Assembly (NCBI GenBank): GCA_905331295.1
Contig: CAJNYD010000062.1
Location: forward strand, 310,001 to 374,000
Origin: Rotaria socialis
Lineage: Eukaryota
DNA length: 64,000 nt
Direction of reading: 5' to 3'
In this document: positions 26,620 through 40,824 of the stretch, piece by piece
How positions within the stretch are numbered: the first letter of the stretch is position 1
How the letters are laid out: the number at the start of each line of letters is the position of its first letter
The notes under the pieces: generated by a model
Database searches by the model: none
What the model was told of the DNA's origin: nothing
What the model saw: only the letters and a program-made list of their open reading frames with translations
Translations under genes and position numbers: made by a program

Positions 26620-27620
26620 ATGGATCAAGTTGTTTGGCTCAGTGAAAAAAATTTTGTTGCTGGTCTTGTGGCTGGATTTTTTGGAGGTAAAAATAAAAGT
26701 AGGATGTAAGATTGTGTAAATCTATGTGTTAATTCAAGGTTTGGCGCTTGGCTGGCTATTTAGCTCATCGTTGTTTGTTAGTAACAAAGTGAAAGCTGTT
26801 TCAAATGCATTTGATTCTACTAAAGATGATCGTGATGATGAAAGAAGTGTGAGTAAAATAAATATTTCAAAGCGAATTATTTCCTTTTTCGATATTTAGT
26901 TCGAACCAGGTTGTTCCGATACTGAAGGAGAATATAAAGTAAGAATAAATCCAGCTAATATTTTCATCATATAATTAATTGAAATTTAGATGGTACTCGT
27001 CGTAAGAAATGATCTTAAAATGGGAAAAGGTAAATTTATAACGATTTGAAAATTTTTCGTGTCTTGAAGTAGCGTTTATTGTTTTTCTAGGAAAAGTTGC
27101 AGCACAAGTAGGGAAAATAAATTTTTGTCACGTAAAAATAATACTCACCGTTCATACAGTGTTCTCATGCAACATTGGGTTGTTTTCAAAAAGCGTGCGA
27201 ACAAAAACCTGATTCTGTGGATACATGGTTTACTTGTGGTCAAGCAAAAGTTGTCTGTAAATGCGAATCAGCTGATGATTTGTAAGAAGAAAAACAAACA
27301 TTTTAACAAAGAAATAGGCTTTCATTCTTTTACGTTGTATTCTAGAGAACAATTACGACTTCAAGCTAAACGTAAAGGTCTAACAACTTGTCTGATACGA
27401 GATGCAGGTACAGAGACAAATTCTATTTAATTATTTAATTCATCTTAGTTTTACTTCAGGTCGAACGCAAATTGAACCCGGTAGTAAGACAGTACTTGGT
27501 ATTGGTCCTGGTTAGTTGAATGAAATGCAATATTTATAAATTACTTGCCATTTGTTTGTCTATTTTTCAGCACCTTCAAGACTGATCAATGAAATCACTC
27601 GTCATTTAAAGTTATATTGA
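26620..27620 (+). CDS. PTRH2: Peptidyl-tRNA hydrolase 2 (mitochondrial, Bit1), multi-exon
   Basis: N-terminal hydrophobic anchor, then [24 protein letters not shown]...GQAKVV...IRDAGRTQIEPGSKTVLGIGP...ITRHLKLY*. Confidence 0.93.
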
Positions 27621-27891
27621 TATTTTTCTTTAAAATGAATAAAGATCTAATGTTTTCTCCTATTTCTTTTTCTTTCACCATGAAATTAGTTTCGTTCACA
27701 ATCAAACTGTTGTTTTTTTGATTTTCACTAAAAAAAAGTCAATGTTCTTAATAGAAACAAAATATCAATCTAAGAACATGCCTTTCTTCTTATTGTTCTT
27801 CGTTTGTTTTCATAGAATGAAAAATGCACTGTTTTCGCTGTTGATTTCTTTAATTAAAAGAGAAAAATAAAATATGAATCACATTTTTCAG

Positions 27892-28992
27892 ATGAGTGAT
27901 ACAACGACACCCACTGTTCCATCAGTATCAGCATCGACTCGAAACATGGTGGCAGGCCCTAACAACCATTTTGGAAAATATGTCAAACTTAATGTGGGAA
28001 ATCATCTTTTTCTAACAAGTTTTGATACTTTAACTAAGGAAGATACAATGTTTAAGGCAATGTTTAGTGGACGTATGGAAGTTGTACAGGATAGTGAAGG
28101 TATCTAGGAATGGTTTGATATCATAAAAAAATTAATGTCTTTGTTTTACTTTTAATAATTAGGTTGGGTATTAATCGATCGTGATGGTAAGCATTTCAAC
28201 GTAATATTAAATTATTTACGTGATAGAACCATCAATTTACCTGAATGCACTCAAGCATTAAATGAACTGTTACTTGAGGCAAAATTTTATTGTATAGAAT
28301 CCCTTATTGAACTTATTGAACAACAATTAAGAACACGTTCAAGAAAAAATGCCGGTGATACAGACTCTTGTTGTAAAGTTATTATGTTAACATCTGCAAA
28401 AGAATTACCAAATATTGTGGCTACAGTACGTAAACCAATTGTTAAATTAGCAATTAATCGACATAATAATAAATATTCTTATACTGCGTAAGTAAATATT
28501 CTTGAAATATATTTTCACAAAACTATTTATTTCTTAGATCATCAGATGAAATGTTAATGAAAAATATTGAATTGTTTGATAAATTAAGTATTCGTTTACA
28601 CAATAGAATTTTATTCATAAAAGATGTTACTGGTAGTGAAGAAATATGTTGTTGGAGTTTTTATGGTAATGGACAAAAAATGGCTGAAGTGTGCTGTACA
28701 TCTATTGTTTATGCAACTGAACGAAAACAAAATAAAGTTCGAAAGAAAAACCAAAAGCAATTTCAATGTAGTTTTTTTTAAATATTAGGTTGAATTTTTC
28801 GAAGCGAGAATTTATGAAGAAACATTAAATGTTCTATTATACGAGAATCGAAATGCACCTGTTGACGAAATCATTCGAGCAACTACACCTCGTTTTGCAT
28901 CAGCTGCATTAACTGATGATGATGTTGATGAAGATCGAAGTACGAATACAAATTCAGCATCAGCAACAAATCGACCACCACGAAAGCGTTAA
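27892..28992 (+). CDS. KCTD10: BTB/POZ adaptor BACURD (KCTD10/KCTD13/TNFAIP1 family), 4 exons
   Basis: YVKLNVG...[98 protein letters not shown]. Confidence 0.93.
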
Positions 28993-30424
28993 GAGATTAA
29001 ATAGATAATGAATATATAAATCTCTATATTGCATGTGTGTGTGCATTTTTTTAATATAGAACCTATATTTCACGGTTGTATTTAGTCAGTTATTTTTCAT
29101 TTATATGCTGTTAATCTTTCTTCTTTTTAATTTCTAATGTGTGAGTTTTCTTGCTTGTATTTATATTCGTTTCAGTGAGGAATTAAAAATAAATCATATT
29201 TTCAAAGCTTAACAAAAGTAAATGAAAGAGAACATCTTTTTCACTTGAACGGCTGATCGATGGTTTTATAGAAATAAATTTCCTAGTAAAAACGAGGAAA
29301 ATTTAGAATCAACAGACACACATGATTTCAGTAGTTTATTTTAATGACCTATTGCATTGTATTTAGATGTAAGATAGTTCAAGTATCTAAGAACATTATT
29401 TCAATAGATCGAGTCATTAGAAGATATGCGATAAAAAAATTAGTTCAAGATGAATCATTTGATCAATTAATGTTCGTTGTAAAATTTCATTGTATAGGCT
29501 CGTTTTTTATCAAATACTTTATCGTATTGTCTAAGATGAAACAACTTTGATATTTGAAATTACTGTCGCAAAAAAAGACGTTCTCACTGGAAAAATACTC
29601 TTCTAGAGGTAAAAAGTCGAAATTCAAGAACAACAATTGAAATAGAAAAACTCAAACAGATTTCTTATATGCTCTAAAAAGCAGTTCATTTTTCGTGAAG
29701 GTAATTAAAATAATCATCTGAATATGTTGACAAAAATTAATTCCCTGATAGAAAAAATGATGGCATTCATGAGAGAATACACCTCGCACACATTATTTTA
29801 TTTAGTTATGTTTATCTTGACAGTTGTTTTGAAAATAGCTGTTTTTGTAGATGGAGAAACAGAAATAGTTTTAACTTCCGCACATAATATTAATTGCTAT
29901 GCAACTGTTTGAAAGTTTCGCTCATTTCTACTGGCGAAAAAACGAAATTGCTATGCAGCGACTAGAGCTTTCAGTCATTTTCAGTAGTCGAATTATGTCA
30001 ATACTTGTTCGTTTCATGTTTTGCATATTACGAATGATTCATATACCATGATGCTCTTAGCTATTCATAAAACAATGTTTTATTGCATGTATTTGATAAT
30101 CATGACTTCTACGCATATCGTATTTTGCGATTAGAAACAAGTTTTTCAATTGAAGACATTGATAAAACTAAGTAGAAAACTATGAATGTAGCAAAACTTA
30201 TATTCATCATTTTATGAATTGTGTGAATTATTTTAAGGCAAATGGAAATCTGTGACTGATTTTTCTTTAGTATTCTAAGCAATGACTTGATAATAGAGCG
30301 AGTTAGACTTCTTTAAATGATATTTCTATGATCATTTCATACATGATGCACATTCTTTTCAATAAGACCCATTTTTATTTTTCACAATAGCAATAACGAA
30401 AAAATATTCAAAACTTTTCTTTTT

Positions 30425-30932
30425 CTATTCATCTTTTCTTCCTTTTGTTTTTCGAACATCTTTTTTCGGTGATTTTGCAGATGAACCATTTTTATTTGTA
30501 GCTGCTTCTTTATTTGAATCCAAAGGTTTTTGCCATTGAATTGGATTATTACGATAAACTGACCATGGTGGTAGTGTTAGCTATTATCGAAAAAAAATGG
30601 ATGCACTTATTTAGAACTGTTTAATTACATCATTTAAAAAGAAACTTACTATTGCAGAAACCAGAACTCCGAAGAGAACACTATAGATAGTCATACTAAA
30701 TTGTTGCATAATATAGCCAGCAAAAAAACCAATAATCTAAGAGAAAGAATTAGCGAAATAAAAATAAATTGAATTTAAACTTACTCCAAATAAAACTATG
30801 ATAACTTGAAAGAGTCTTTCTGCCATTTTCTGACCACAAAAATCCTATTAATAGGGAAACTAGGACAATTAGAAAAACAACTAAGAATCTTCTTACCATA
30901 TGTGTTTCGAATGGCCATTCTATGTCAAGCAT
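30425..30932 (-). CDS. SPCS1: Signal peptidase complex subunit 1 (SPC12), 4 exons
   Basis: Spliced translation ...THMDFVGQKMAERLFQVIIVLFGIIGFFAGYIMQQFS...LTLPPWSVYRNNPIQWQKP... Confidence 0.92.
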
Positions 30933-31231
30933 TTTTGTAAGTACAAATGATCAAAAATCTTCAAATCGAAAAACTAAAAAAATGTTAATCTTCTTCGCCA
31001 GTGAAACTGCTTGATTGAATATGACACGCCATCGATTCCAAAGATTGGTCTATATGATAACAAAAATTGAGGTCGCCACTTTTTTATTTCACTTTCGTAT
31101 GCACTAGAGGTTGTATCGATGGTAACGAGCATGGATATGGTTGAGAATTGAAATGATTCATGATCATGATCATTTTATATTAATGTCTATTATCTTTGAG
31201 TTTACTTCAGATTAATCTAATACTTGAATAG
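30933..31231. promoter_or_regulatory. Probable bidirectional promoter between SPCS1 and NEK1
   Basis: Head-to-head start codons about 300 bp apart. Contains ATTGG (CCAAT box) at about 31044 and an X-box-like GTATCGATGGTAAC at 31113-31126. Confidence 0.55.
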
Positions 31232-34200
31232 ATGGAGAAATACGACAAAAAAAAATTAATCGGTTCTGGAGCTTTTGGTCAAGCGTGGCTTATTCAACTT
31301 AAAACGGATGATAAAAAATATGTCATGAAAGAAATCAAAATTGCTAAAGTAAAAGATTTTTTTAAAACTAATCTCTTACTTTTATTTTCTTTTTAAAAAG
31401 ATGGGCAAAAAAGAACGTGATGATGCACGAAAAGAAGTATGTCATAAAATGATAATTATCTTTGTTCTTAGTTTCTCATATAAGTTTAGGTTAAAGTCCT
31501 TAGTGAAATGAAACATCCATATATCGTTTCATATGTTGAATCATTTGAAGGTAGCTAATAGTAATTATTTTCTCAGTTAAATACAAAAATATTTCAATTA
31601 AGATCCAACTAGTTTATTTATCGTAATGGACTATTGTGATGGAGGTGATTTGCATACACGTATACAAGCACAGCATGGAGCTTTATTTAATGAAGAGCTA
31701 ATATTAGATTGGTTTGTACAAATAACTTTAGCACTTAAACATGTTCATGATAGAAAAGTACTTCATCGTGATATTAAATCACAAGTAAATAAATAGGAGA
31801 ATTTCTCCAAGAAATCTTTTATCCTTTGTAAGTTTATCCTTTTTTTTAGAATGTCTTTCTAACACGTGAAGGTTGTGCAAAATTAGGTGATTTTGGAATT
31901 TCAAAAGTTTTAAATACGTAAGTTTCTTATTTCTTTTTGTTTTTGTTTTTTTGTTAAAGTCAAATTTATCTTTATAGTACCTGTGAATTAGCGCGTACAC
32001 AAATAGGTACACCATATTATTTATCACCGGAAATTTGTCAACAGAAGCCATATAATAATAAATCAGATGTTTGGAGTCTTGGTTGTGTTCTATATGAATT
32101 AACTGCTCTCAAACATGCTGTAGGAAATTCTGGATGTATAATTTCATTGTATGATTTTTATTTTGTAGTTTGATGCTAATAATATGAATGGCCTTATTAT
32201 GAGAATCGTTCGGTAATAGTTGAAACTTTTCCAAGCAGAAAAAAAACAATTTTAATTCTATATCTTTGACTTTTAGTGGTTCGTTTAACTCAATTCCTCC
32301 GAAATTTAGTGCCGATTTACGAAACTTAATAGCATCTATGCTTAAAAGAGAACCTCGGTAAAATCATAAATTATCATTTGATTAGAATATGATTTTTGTT
32401 TTAAATTTTGTAGCGAACGTCCATCTGTTAATACAATTTTACGAAAACCATTTATCTATCGGCGGATTCCAAAACATTTAGCAGAAGATGTATAACTTTC
32501 TTGTCATGAATTCTTGCTTTTACATTTTCTACATTATATAGGTACATCAAGCTGAATTCAATCATACTGTTTTACATGGACAACGATTATCTGTTGATCT
32601 TGCACATCCAAATCCACCAGCAATATCTCGTCCAGTCTCAGCTCCAAGAGCAAATCCTGTTCTTCTGCCACCACCAATTTCTTCTCGTCCAAATTCAGCA
32701 GCACCAAGAGTAATACCCTACGAACCGGTAAGGGTATATCCAGGACCATCACCAATAAAACGTCCAGTTTCTGCAACACCTTCTGCTGCCGTCAATCGGT
32801 TTGTTAGCGAACATAGCACTTCATTTCAAAAATTGAATTTTGTTTTTCAGAGTATCACAAGATAAAAAGCCAAATGATGTTATTCGAAAACCAGTTCTAT
32901 CTGTTGACAAAGAAAATGAAATCGAAAAACGACGTAGAGAACTTGCCAAACAAAAAGAAGCACGAGAAAAACAAGCCAAAGAAGAAGTATGTTGGAAGAA
33001 AATCAAAATCTTATTGCAAAGTTGATGCATATAAAAATATTTCAGGTAGAGAATTTAGCGAAAAAGCAACAAGAATTAATTGAAAAAGATAAACACGTAC
33101 TTATTAATCGAGATCGAGAAAGAAATCGTTTACTATTAAGTCATAGTAGTTCGGTAAGAATATTATGATTCGTATATTTGCATTGATGGTTGCTTTACAG
33201 GATCTACCAGTTAATAATAAACAACAAATTGCATCACCAGTAGTAGTAAAACCTAAAATAAACCCGGTGTCTACGCCTTCATCAGGAAGAGAATCGGTAT
33301 GTTGATTTATTTCACTTATTATTTTCTATTATTTCTCCATAACCAAAAATGAAGGCCGCAGCATCACCTATGCCAAGCGCAGCAAAAGCAGTTAATTATG
33401 ATCAATATCACGAATTATTAGATCAGCATAAACAGAAAATGACTGATGGAGAACGAAATATGGATCAATGGAATATCGGTAAATACATATTCAGAACATC
33501 TTGAAAGTCACGATCACATTTCAAATCCTTGAGAATATAATTGAAATTCAACAGTAACAAAAATGGAAATTGTCGAAAGCCTAATAAGATATATTTATGC
33601 ATATGTGTATTTAGAAAAGACGGTCTTAAGTTATTTGAGAACATTATATCATTGCAATTGTGAATAAATCGAGGTGTTCTATTTAAATGTAACATGACAC
33701 TCGCATCCTACGAACTTAAACTTTAAAAGCCAAAAGCTTACATTTTGTCTCTCTTAGACAATATTTTCTTATCTTTTTTTTATTCAATTTGATTCATACT
33801 GATGTTATACACGTTGGACGTATAAACATGACTTGACAAGAGACGTAGTAACTATTAGAAATGTATTTTAAGAATATTATATTTCAGTTAATCAATCTCA
33901 AAAACCTAATTCTCATGTTCAACTATATCAAAAACCAGTTATTGGCAATCCTAATTTACGTCGAACACCAGGGTACGTCGTTTTTTTTAAGCTTACAAAA
34001 TTGTCTTCGAATATATTCTTCTTGTGTGTAAGGTTTTTCTCGCAGATTTCTGGTAATTTATGGAACGAAAAAGAGAATGATGTCAAAATTTCGAGAGAGA
34101 ATGAATTCAATTTCTAAATATATAAATATTCATTATTAAATATTATGAATAGTTTTGTATTGTTTCTAAGACGATAAATAGCATAGTTATTATGCTTATC

Positions 34201-37200
34201 TCATTTTTCAATCTGATCAATTTTCCGTCGGAAAATAGCTACAGTATTTTTTTGAAATTCTACTATAGTGGCTTGTCCCACTTCGATGATTTACTATTCA
34301 ATGTTACCTTCTTTTGATTCTTGTCTTAATTTCGAACAGAATAAAATAGGAAGAATACTATTGCATTGCATTCATTTTCTGACAAAAACTGTTAGTTAAA
34401 TACTAAGTTTTTGACTTCTCGACGCATGTTGTTTTACTACAAGCACAGATTGTATGTTCTCATGTAGTAAAAGTGTGCTATTGCACTAGTGATAGCAAGA
34501 TAAATAGCTGTCATTCAATGACTTGTTAAAAATGATGTCATTTTTGGGATAACTACGTTTTGCATATAGTACTGTGTTAATGCACATCAAATAATGCAGT
34601 CACTTCGACAATATCGCATCATGAAATGAGTAGACAATTTATATTTGATAGAATAATGTTCATCCATATGAACTGATCAATCTTAGACAAAGCAATAAAT
34701 GAAAGAGAAAAATTATAATTATTTTAGTGCCAATGTTGGTCGGCCGGTTGCATTGAGAAATGAATATCTAGAGAATAGACGTCAGGCTCTGTTGAACAAG
34801 GCTCGTGGTCAAGGTTACGCTGGCGTAAGACATTCTTCGCTTTGTTTACTTGCGTAAAAATGAATTCATTTCAGGGAGCTCCTGCTGTGGCTAATCCAAA
34901 TGTCGGCGTTGTTGGTCATATGGCTGCTGAAATGAATCGAAATCTTGAAGAAATCCGTCGAAAAAATCTTATAGGCAAACGAGAAATAAACGGTAAACCA
35001 CCAACTGCATACAAAAAACCGTTGGCTATGAATAAAGTAACTAACTAATTTATTCTGTTTACTGTATATTTGGATTTCTGTTGTTTAATTAGCCAATCAA
35101 TGCCAATCAAGTCGATGAAAGATATCGTTCAGGATACGATCAGCAGGTTGTTCTAACTCAAAAAGAAAAAGAAGTAAACTTAAATGCAACATTAGTAAAG
35201 AACAAGAAAACTTTTCATTCATTCTTTTTATTTTTCGTTCAGGAGAAGCAAACTCAAGAAGCTTTAAAAAGGATTGAACCGGTGAACAATAATTTGACTG
35301 AACTATTAAATGATATAGGTGGTCAATCATCTAGGTTAGTTTCGATAAATATTCTAAATGAATTCTTTAAAAAATCATGGCATTTATTTTAGTGCGAATC
35401 AAAATAAAAAGAAAGCTATTTTACAAAATGTAAATGAACGAAGTGTTCGAGAGGCTTGGCAAAGTCGTGGTGGTCCACCGAAATCTCGTTCACAATGGAA
35501 TCAACAACCCGTTCTGGATTCAGCAGTTCTTAATCGTCAATCTATAATGAATGATTCAAGTCTAACTGATTTAAATATCCATGGGCAAGCAATGAACTTA
35601 GCTAGTGTAAACACACCTAGACGCCCACAATGGGGTGGTGGATCACCAGGTACAATTATTAATGTACTTGAACAAGCAAGTGTTTATGATCATACAATAT
35701 TAGACGCACCGAAGAATGAAACATCGGATGTTAGTTTAATGGCATTGGCAAATCGAATGAATCTGGATCGAAAAAATGACACTTACGTTATAAGTAGTTC
35801 AAAGCCAGTCCCACCTTCTCATCCCGTGATTGGTACACTTGCAAAACCTAAAGAAAACGATTTAGTCGTGGAAGAATTGAATGAAACATTGAAATCCCAA
35901 GTGCAACCTAACACAGAAGCAAAGTAAAAGAAAAATTGATCTTTTGACTATTCTTCAATTTGTATTTATGTTTAAATAGATCTGCAATAATAGAAGATAA
36001 GGATGAACTCGTCGAATGTTTAACCACAGGACGTTTTGATGCTAAAAATAGACATGTAAGATATATTTATTTTGTTGTATCATAACTACTATACATGAAA
36101 TAGTTCTTCATGTCTGTAATATCTAATTAGAAATGAGTATTGCCAGTCATTTGTTTTAGTTCAAGTTATAGTGGCAACAGAAACATCTTGCACATATTGT
36201 TGAATTCGATCAATAAGTTACAGTATTTGTTAATAAGTGTTACAAGAAAACAATGAGAACTTTGCAAATTTTTCTTCCAAACCATCATAAGCAATATCTC
36301 TTGAAACGTGAAAAGTGTCATAAAAATCGAAATTTTATTATAATGAATGTAGATAAGAAATCTATAAAATTTGTAAAGATCTACCACTGTTACCATACTT
36401 TACTGTAATTGGATGACCAGATTATGTGAAAAATGTATTGGTTAGTAGTAATCAAAACTGCTAGTTGAACCATTTCTATCGTAGTGATATTATTTTATTA
36501 CTATAATGTGAAAATCAATTTCAATGATATGAATAAATTGTGTGGAATGGGTATTTTCTGCAAAAAATAGATTTATTCCATTTTTATTATCAGCGCCTGA
36601 GTATTTTAAATTGTTATTTTAGCTTCTTCGTACAGTTTCCAATCCTGAATTACATAAAATTGATGAAATACCTGAAGAAATAATGATGGAATCAACAAAA
36701 TTGAATCGAAGTCTAACTGATATTAAACAGTCATGTAAAGAACCATCCTTTTTAAGTACGAAAAGAATAATCACCACTGCTGTTGCTGCGAAGAGCAATA
36801 GTGATTCAAATTCAAGTGATCAAACGTCAGAATCTGCAGATGAAGATGATATGCAAACATTATCATTAGCTTTACAAAGTTGTCTAATTGATGATGAAAA
36901 TGAAGACGAAAATGAAAGAAAATATTCAGCCAGTGAACCTGTGATACAAACAGATAAATCAAAAGCATCAATAACACAATGCGACGATGATGATGATGAT
37001 GATAACGATGACGATGATATTTGGTGCAATCAAGAAGATGAAGATAATCTTGAACATTGTGTTAAACTTGATCGTGAAAAAGAAGCACAGCTACGTGAAG
37101 TTCTCGGTGATGAAACAATTGAAATCGTACGCGAAGCACTCAAAGTATAAAATTTTTTAATCGTCTTACGTATATAAAAGTTTTGTTTTAGAACAATGAT

Positions 37201-37311
37201 GGAGATCCACAAAATTTATCCAGTATTTTACCGGAAAACAAACGTTATCTTGTTGACACAGATGCTTTATTAACGTTGATAACAATGAATGCACGATTTA
37301 TGACTAAATAA
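31232..37311 (+). CDS. NEK1: NIMA-related Ser/Thr kinase NEK1-like (more than 20 exons; kinase domain ~31232-32460, then coiled-coil and acidic C-terminal region)
   Basis: [108 protein letters not shown]-terminal TGRFD...[10 protein letters not shown] resembles NEK1. C-terminal exon structure is less certain. Confidence 0.88.
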
Positions 37312-38359
37312 ATATGTGTAATAACTGCAGTTTTTTGGCTATTGTATTAAATATGAAAATTTCCGTTTTGTTTTTGTATATTTCTATTTTGATGTTCGTA
37401 ATTCGTTTATCGTTTCAGAATAAAACATATCTTTATCATGAGCAAATCAATGATATGATGATTTTATGTTTGTGATCGAGTGTTTACGTAAATATTTCAT
37501 AGGTCAAAGCATATTTTGGCTCATTGATACGAAAAGATATGACTATAAATGAGTTTCATCGGAAAGTGTTAGATATTCACATCCTTCATGTTCGCCTAGA
37601 ATATATCCAACAGTGACTGTTTCTATAGCATATGTTTTTTCTTTACGTTATCAACTGCTTCAAATCCTATGCTAACACCTGTTCGATTGCTGTTGTATCA
37701 TTGCCCAAATACTTCTTTATGATTCTTTACTAAATCGTTCACAATATATTATGAATAATGATTCTCTTCTGTTCCATATTATTATTATTATTATTATTAT
37801 TATACGTCGCAAACAATTATTCTACACTATTTGTATGAAACTAAAATGAAAATATTCTATTTGATATTTAAATTCATTTTCAGTTTTTGAAATAGATATG
37901 TAATTTATTTGTGTATCCATCGTTGATGCATAGATTATAGTTATTGTCAATGCTTTTACAACTTTAACAGGAGTTTAAACAGTTTTTGTTATAACTAGTT
38001 AGTAAAGGTCGAATGCCAATGATTCCACGTGTGTGTCACATATTATTCACTTTCGTGCAAATTTAGTTTTTAACTATTTTGCGTTTAGAATGCTTGCTGT
38101 TAATGAGTGTGACCAAGTGATTAAGTTTTGCTCGATATTCGAATCGAATTTTACTTGTATTATACGTATATGAATAATTCTAAACAACGTCGAACTATTT
38201 TTTGCAGTCAGCCTCTTTCATTATTTTTTAACTCTATGTCACAAAAAATGCCGTGCACTATAACAATTCGTTACTATCAATACCGATAGCAAATGATAGA
38301 TTTTAGTAGCATTTGTTTTTAGATGTCGAAATTTATTTTGAAAATAAAATAGAAAATTT

Positions 38360-40824
38360 TTATTTTAATTGTTGAACATATAACATTCCAGGTAGACGAA
38401 CATCGTCGTACATATCCGTGAACGGTGATGAAATAACAAGATAAGAAACAGACGTTGACGAAAGAACATTCATTCGAGAACCAAATCGATTAAGACGATT
38501 GTGTGCAACATATATAATCGAACTCATCGTACTAATATAGTGAATTTTTGGATCGGGTCGACTTGGAATTCGATTTGCAGGTACAATATAGACGTAACCT
38601 TCAGATTTTTCCAATTGTAATGGTAATAATTTTCCTTTCCCCAATGGAGCTGATATAACTAAATCACCTTGTGGTGTCCACTGAACACTATTACCAAGAC
38701 GTTCAAATATTCGATCACCATGAATAGAAATAAGGATAGAACTATCACTACGATCAAGATGAAGTTTATTTTTATTGAACAGATTGCTTAATGGAATAAT
38801 ATCTACAGCACCATACCAATCTATCGATTGCGTTGGTGAACCAACTGCTAACCAACATTTATCTGGTTGAATAGAAAAACTTTGTCCAAAATGGTCATTA
38901 TTTTGTACACCTTGTAATGTCATTATAAGACGAGGTTGAGACTCAACCGCATAGAGATACAGTTTTCCTTGATTTGCCGGTGCACCAATTAAAAGAACCG
39001 GGGATGAAGTTATATGACTAATGCATGATGGAGGAATTATTTGAAGCGAATAACCGAATTTTGATTTAGCACTTTCACCAAATAATGTGAACGATGCATT
39101 GTTGATGGTTATTTGACGATCAGATATTTGCTGTTTATTCATGAAATCTGAACTAAGAAAAACCCAAACAGCTCCTTGTTGTGGTTGATCATAACCATGT
39201 GGTTGTGCATAAGGGCTTGTAATAATTAAATCTAATAACGTATCATTATCAAGATGTGCTGTATGTAATTCAAATCCAATAGCATCATGTTCATCAACAC
39301 CATCGATATAGATAAATGGCTTCGTTTGAAGGCCATCTTTACTACCAGCATAAACAAATACAGCACCACGAAAACCATAACCATGTGATGGACTACTAAC
39401 AACAAGATCATTAAAAGTATCATTATTCCAGTCAAGAAAAGCTAATCCTGTACCAAATCGATCACCATCACAAATGGGGGATATTAATGTTTGATCAGCT
39501 ATTTGTTCAATAATACTAATATCACGTTCTGGAACAGGTGGCTGATCTTTTTTTCCATAAATAATAAAAACACGGCCACCTTGAGAACAACCAAAATTAT
39601 AATAATCAGGTGCCGATACAGCAAAATCAATGAATCCATCATTATTAAAATCAGCAAAGAGTGTTGTACGACCGAATGATGCATAACTTTGATTTGATAT
39701 AAGACCCATAGGTATTTCATTATATTGTAATGTTGATAATGATAGAGAAGATTGACTGGAAAATGGAAGATAATTCGATGATTTCGAACGAATATATGTT
39801 GTTGACTGTTGTTTTTCTTCTAGATTTTGTAAAGGAGGAATTGAACAATTTAAATAATATGGATTATTAGATGGCATTTGACATATATCAGTGCCGCTTT
39901 CATACATAGCTATAATTTGATCCCAATATCGGACCGTTTTATGAGCCATATTCAGTAAACCTCCATGGTAATATTCATAAAGATTATCAAGTAAAAATGT
40001 ATTATTATGAGAATATTTTGGATATTCGACGCCAAGAAATAAAGCATCACCAAAGCGTCCTATAAACATTAAATCAGAACATACTTGAACGCGTTCAGCT
40101 GTTGCATTGACTTCTAATGGCGAATCATATTCCACGGCGTATCTTTTGTAAATTTCTTGCAATTCAAGTGCAGGCACATACCATTTGTTAGTTAAACCTA
40201 TAGAATAAATACATATAACGAAAAATAAAACAAAATTTTACCGATATAAGCAATAGGTAATTCATAATCAATAACACTATCACCACCAGGATCAACACTT
40301 GAATGTGCTTTTTCTTCGTCACTATCAAAACTTTCCCAAGCAGTTGCATCTATAAAACCATTGGGACAACCTGTTAAACTGCCATGCCATACGGCATCAG
40401 CAATTTGATGAGATGCTACACCAAGTAGAAATGCAAGAAATTTTTGTCCTTGAATATTATCTGCCTGTAATGGTGGTGGATATCGATCACGCATATATTC
40501 AATAGCAATCTTCATAAATGGATACCTAGAAAATTATTTTTCAACAAAAACAAGATAATCTCTATCTTATGATTCTTATTACCAGTGAGTATCTTCAGCA
40601 ACTTGATGTAAACTACCACGATAACATACACCGTCATACATTACATCAGGATATGGAGATCCACCTTGTAATGCATCTTGATGTTGAAGAACATAATTTC
40701 TATAGATAGGTTGATGTAACCAAAGATCTTGTGCACGATGTGATACTTCGATATGTGTTGTAATGCCACATCCCAAGACGAAAAATGGTAATGAAAAAAC
40801 GACGAAAACGACACTTGCTAACAT
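38360..40824 (-). CDS. GPLD1: GPI-specific phospholipase D (3 exons: ~40824-40583, 40525-40242, 40197-38360)
   Basis: Signal peptide, then CGITTHIEVSHRA...HQDALQGGSPYPD...EDTHW, ASHQIADAVWH (Zn-binding His) and AHSSVDPGGD. C-terminal FG-GAP repeats (DFNNDGFIDFAVSAP, DWNNDTFNDLVVSSP). Confidence 0.93.

Noticed and set aside
38360..40197. Unusually long 1.8-kb exon of GPLD1 as a possible sign of horizontal transfer
   Set aside because: The N-terminal domain closely follows metazoan GPLD1 (CG..TH.E..HRA, HQDA..G..PD..Y...C..G..H.V.E.THW) and the gene has canonical introns. There is no positive evidence for foreign origin without a phylogeny.
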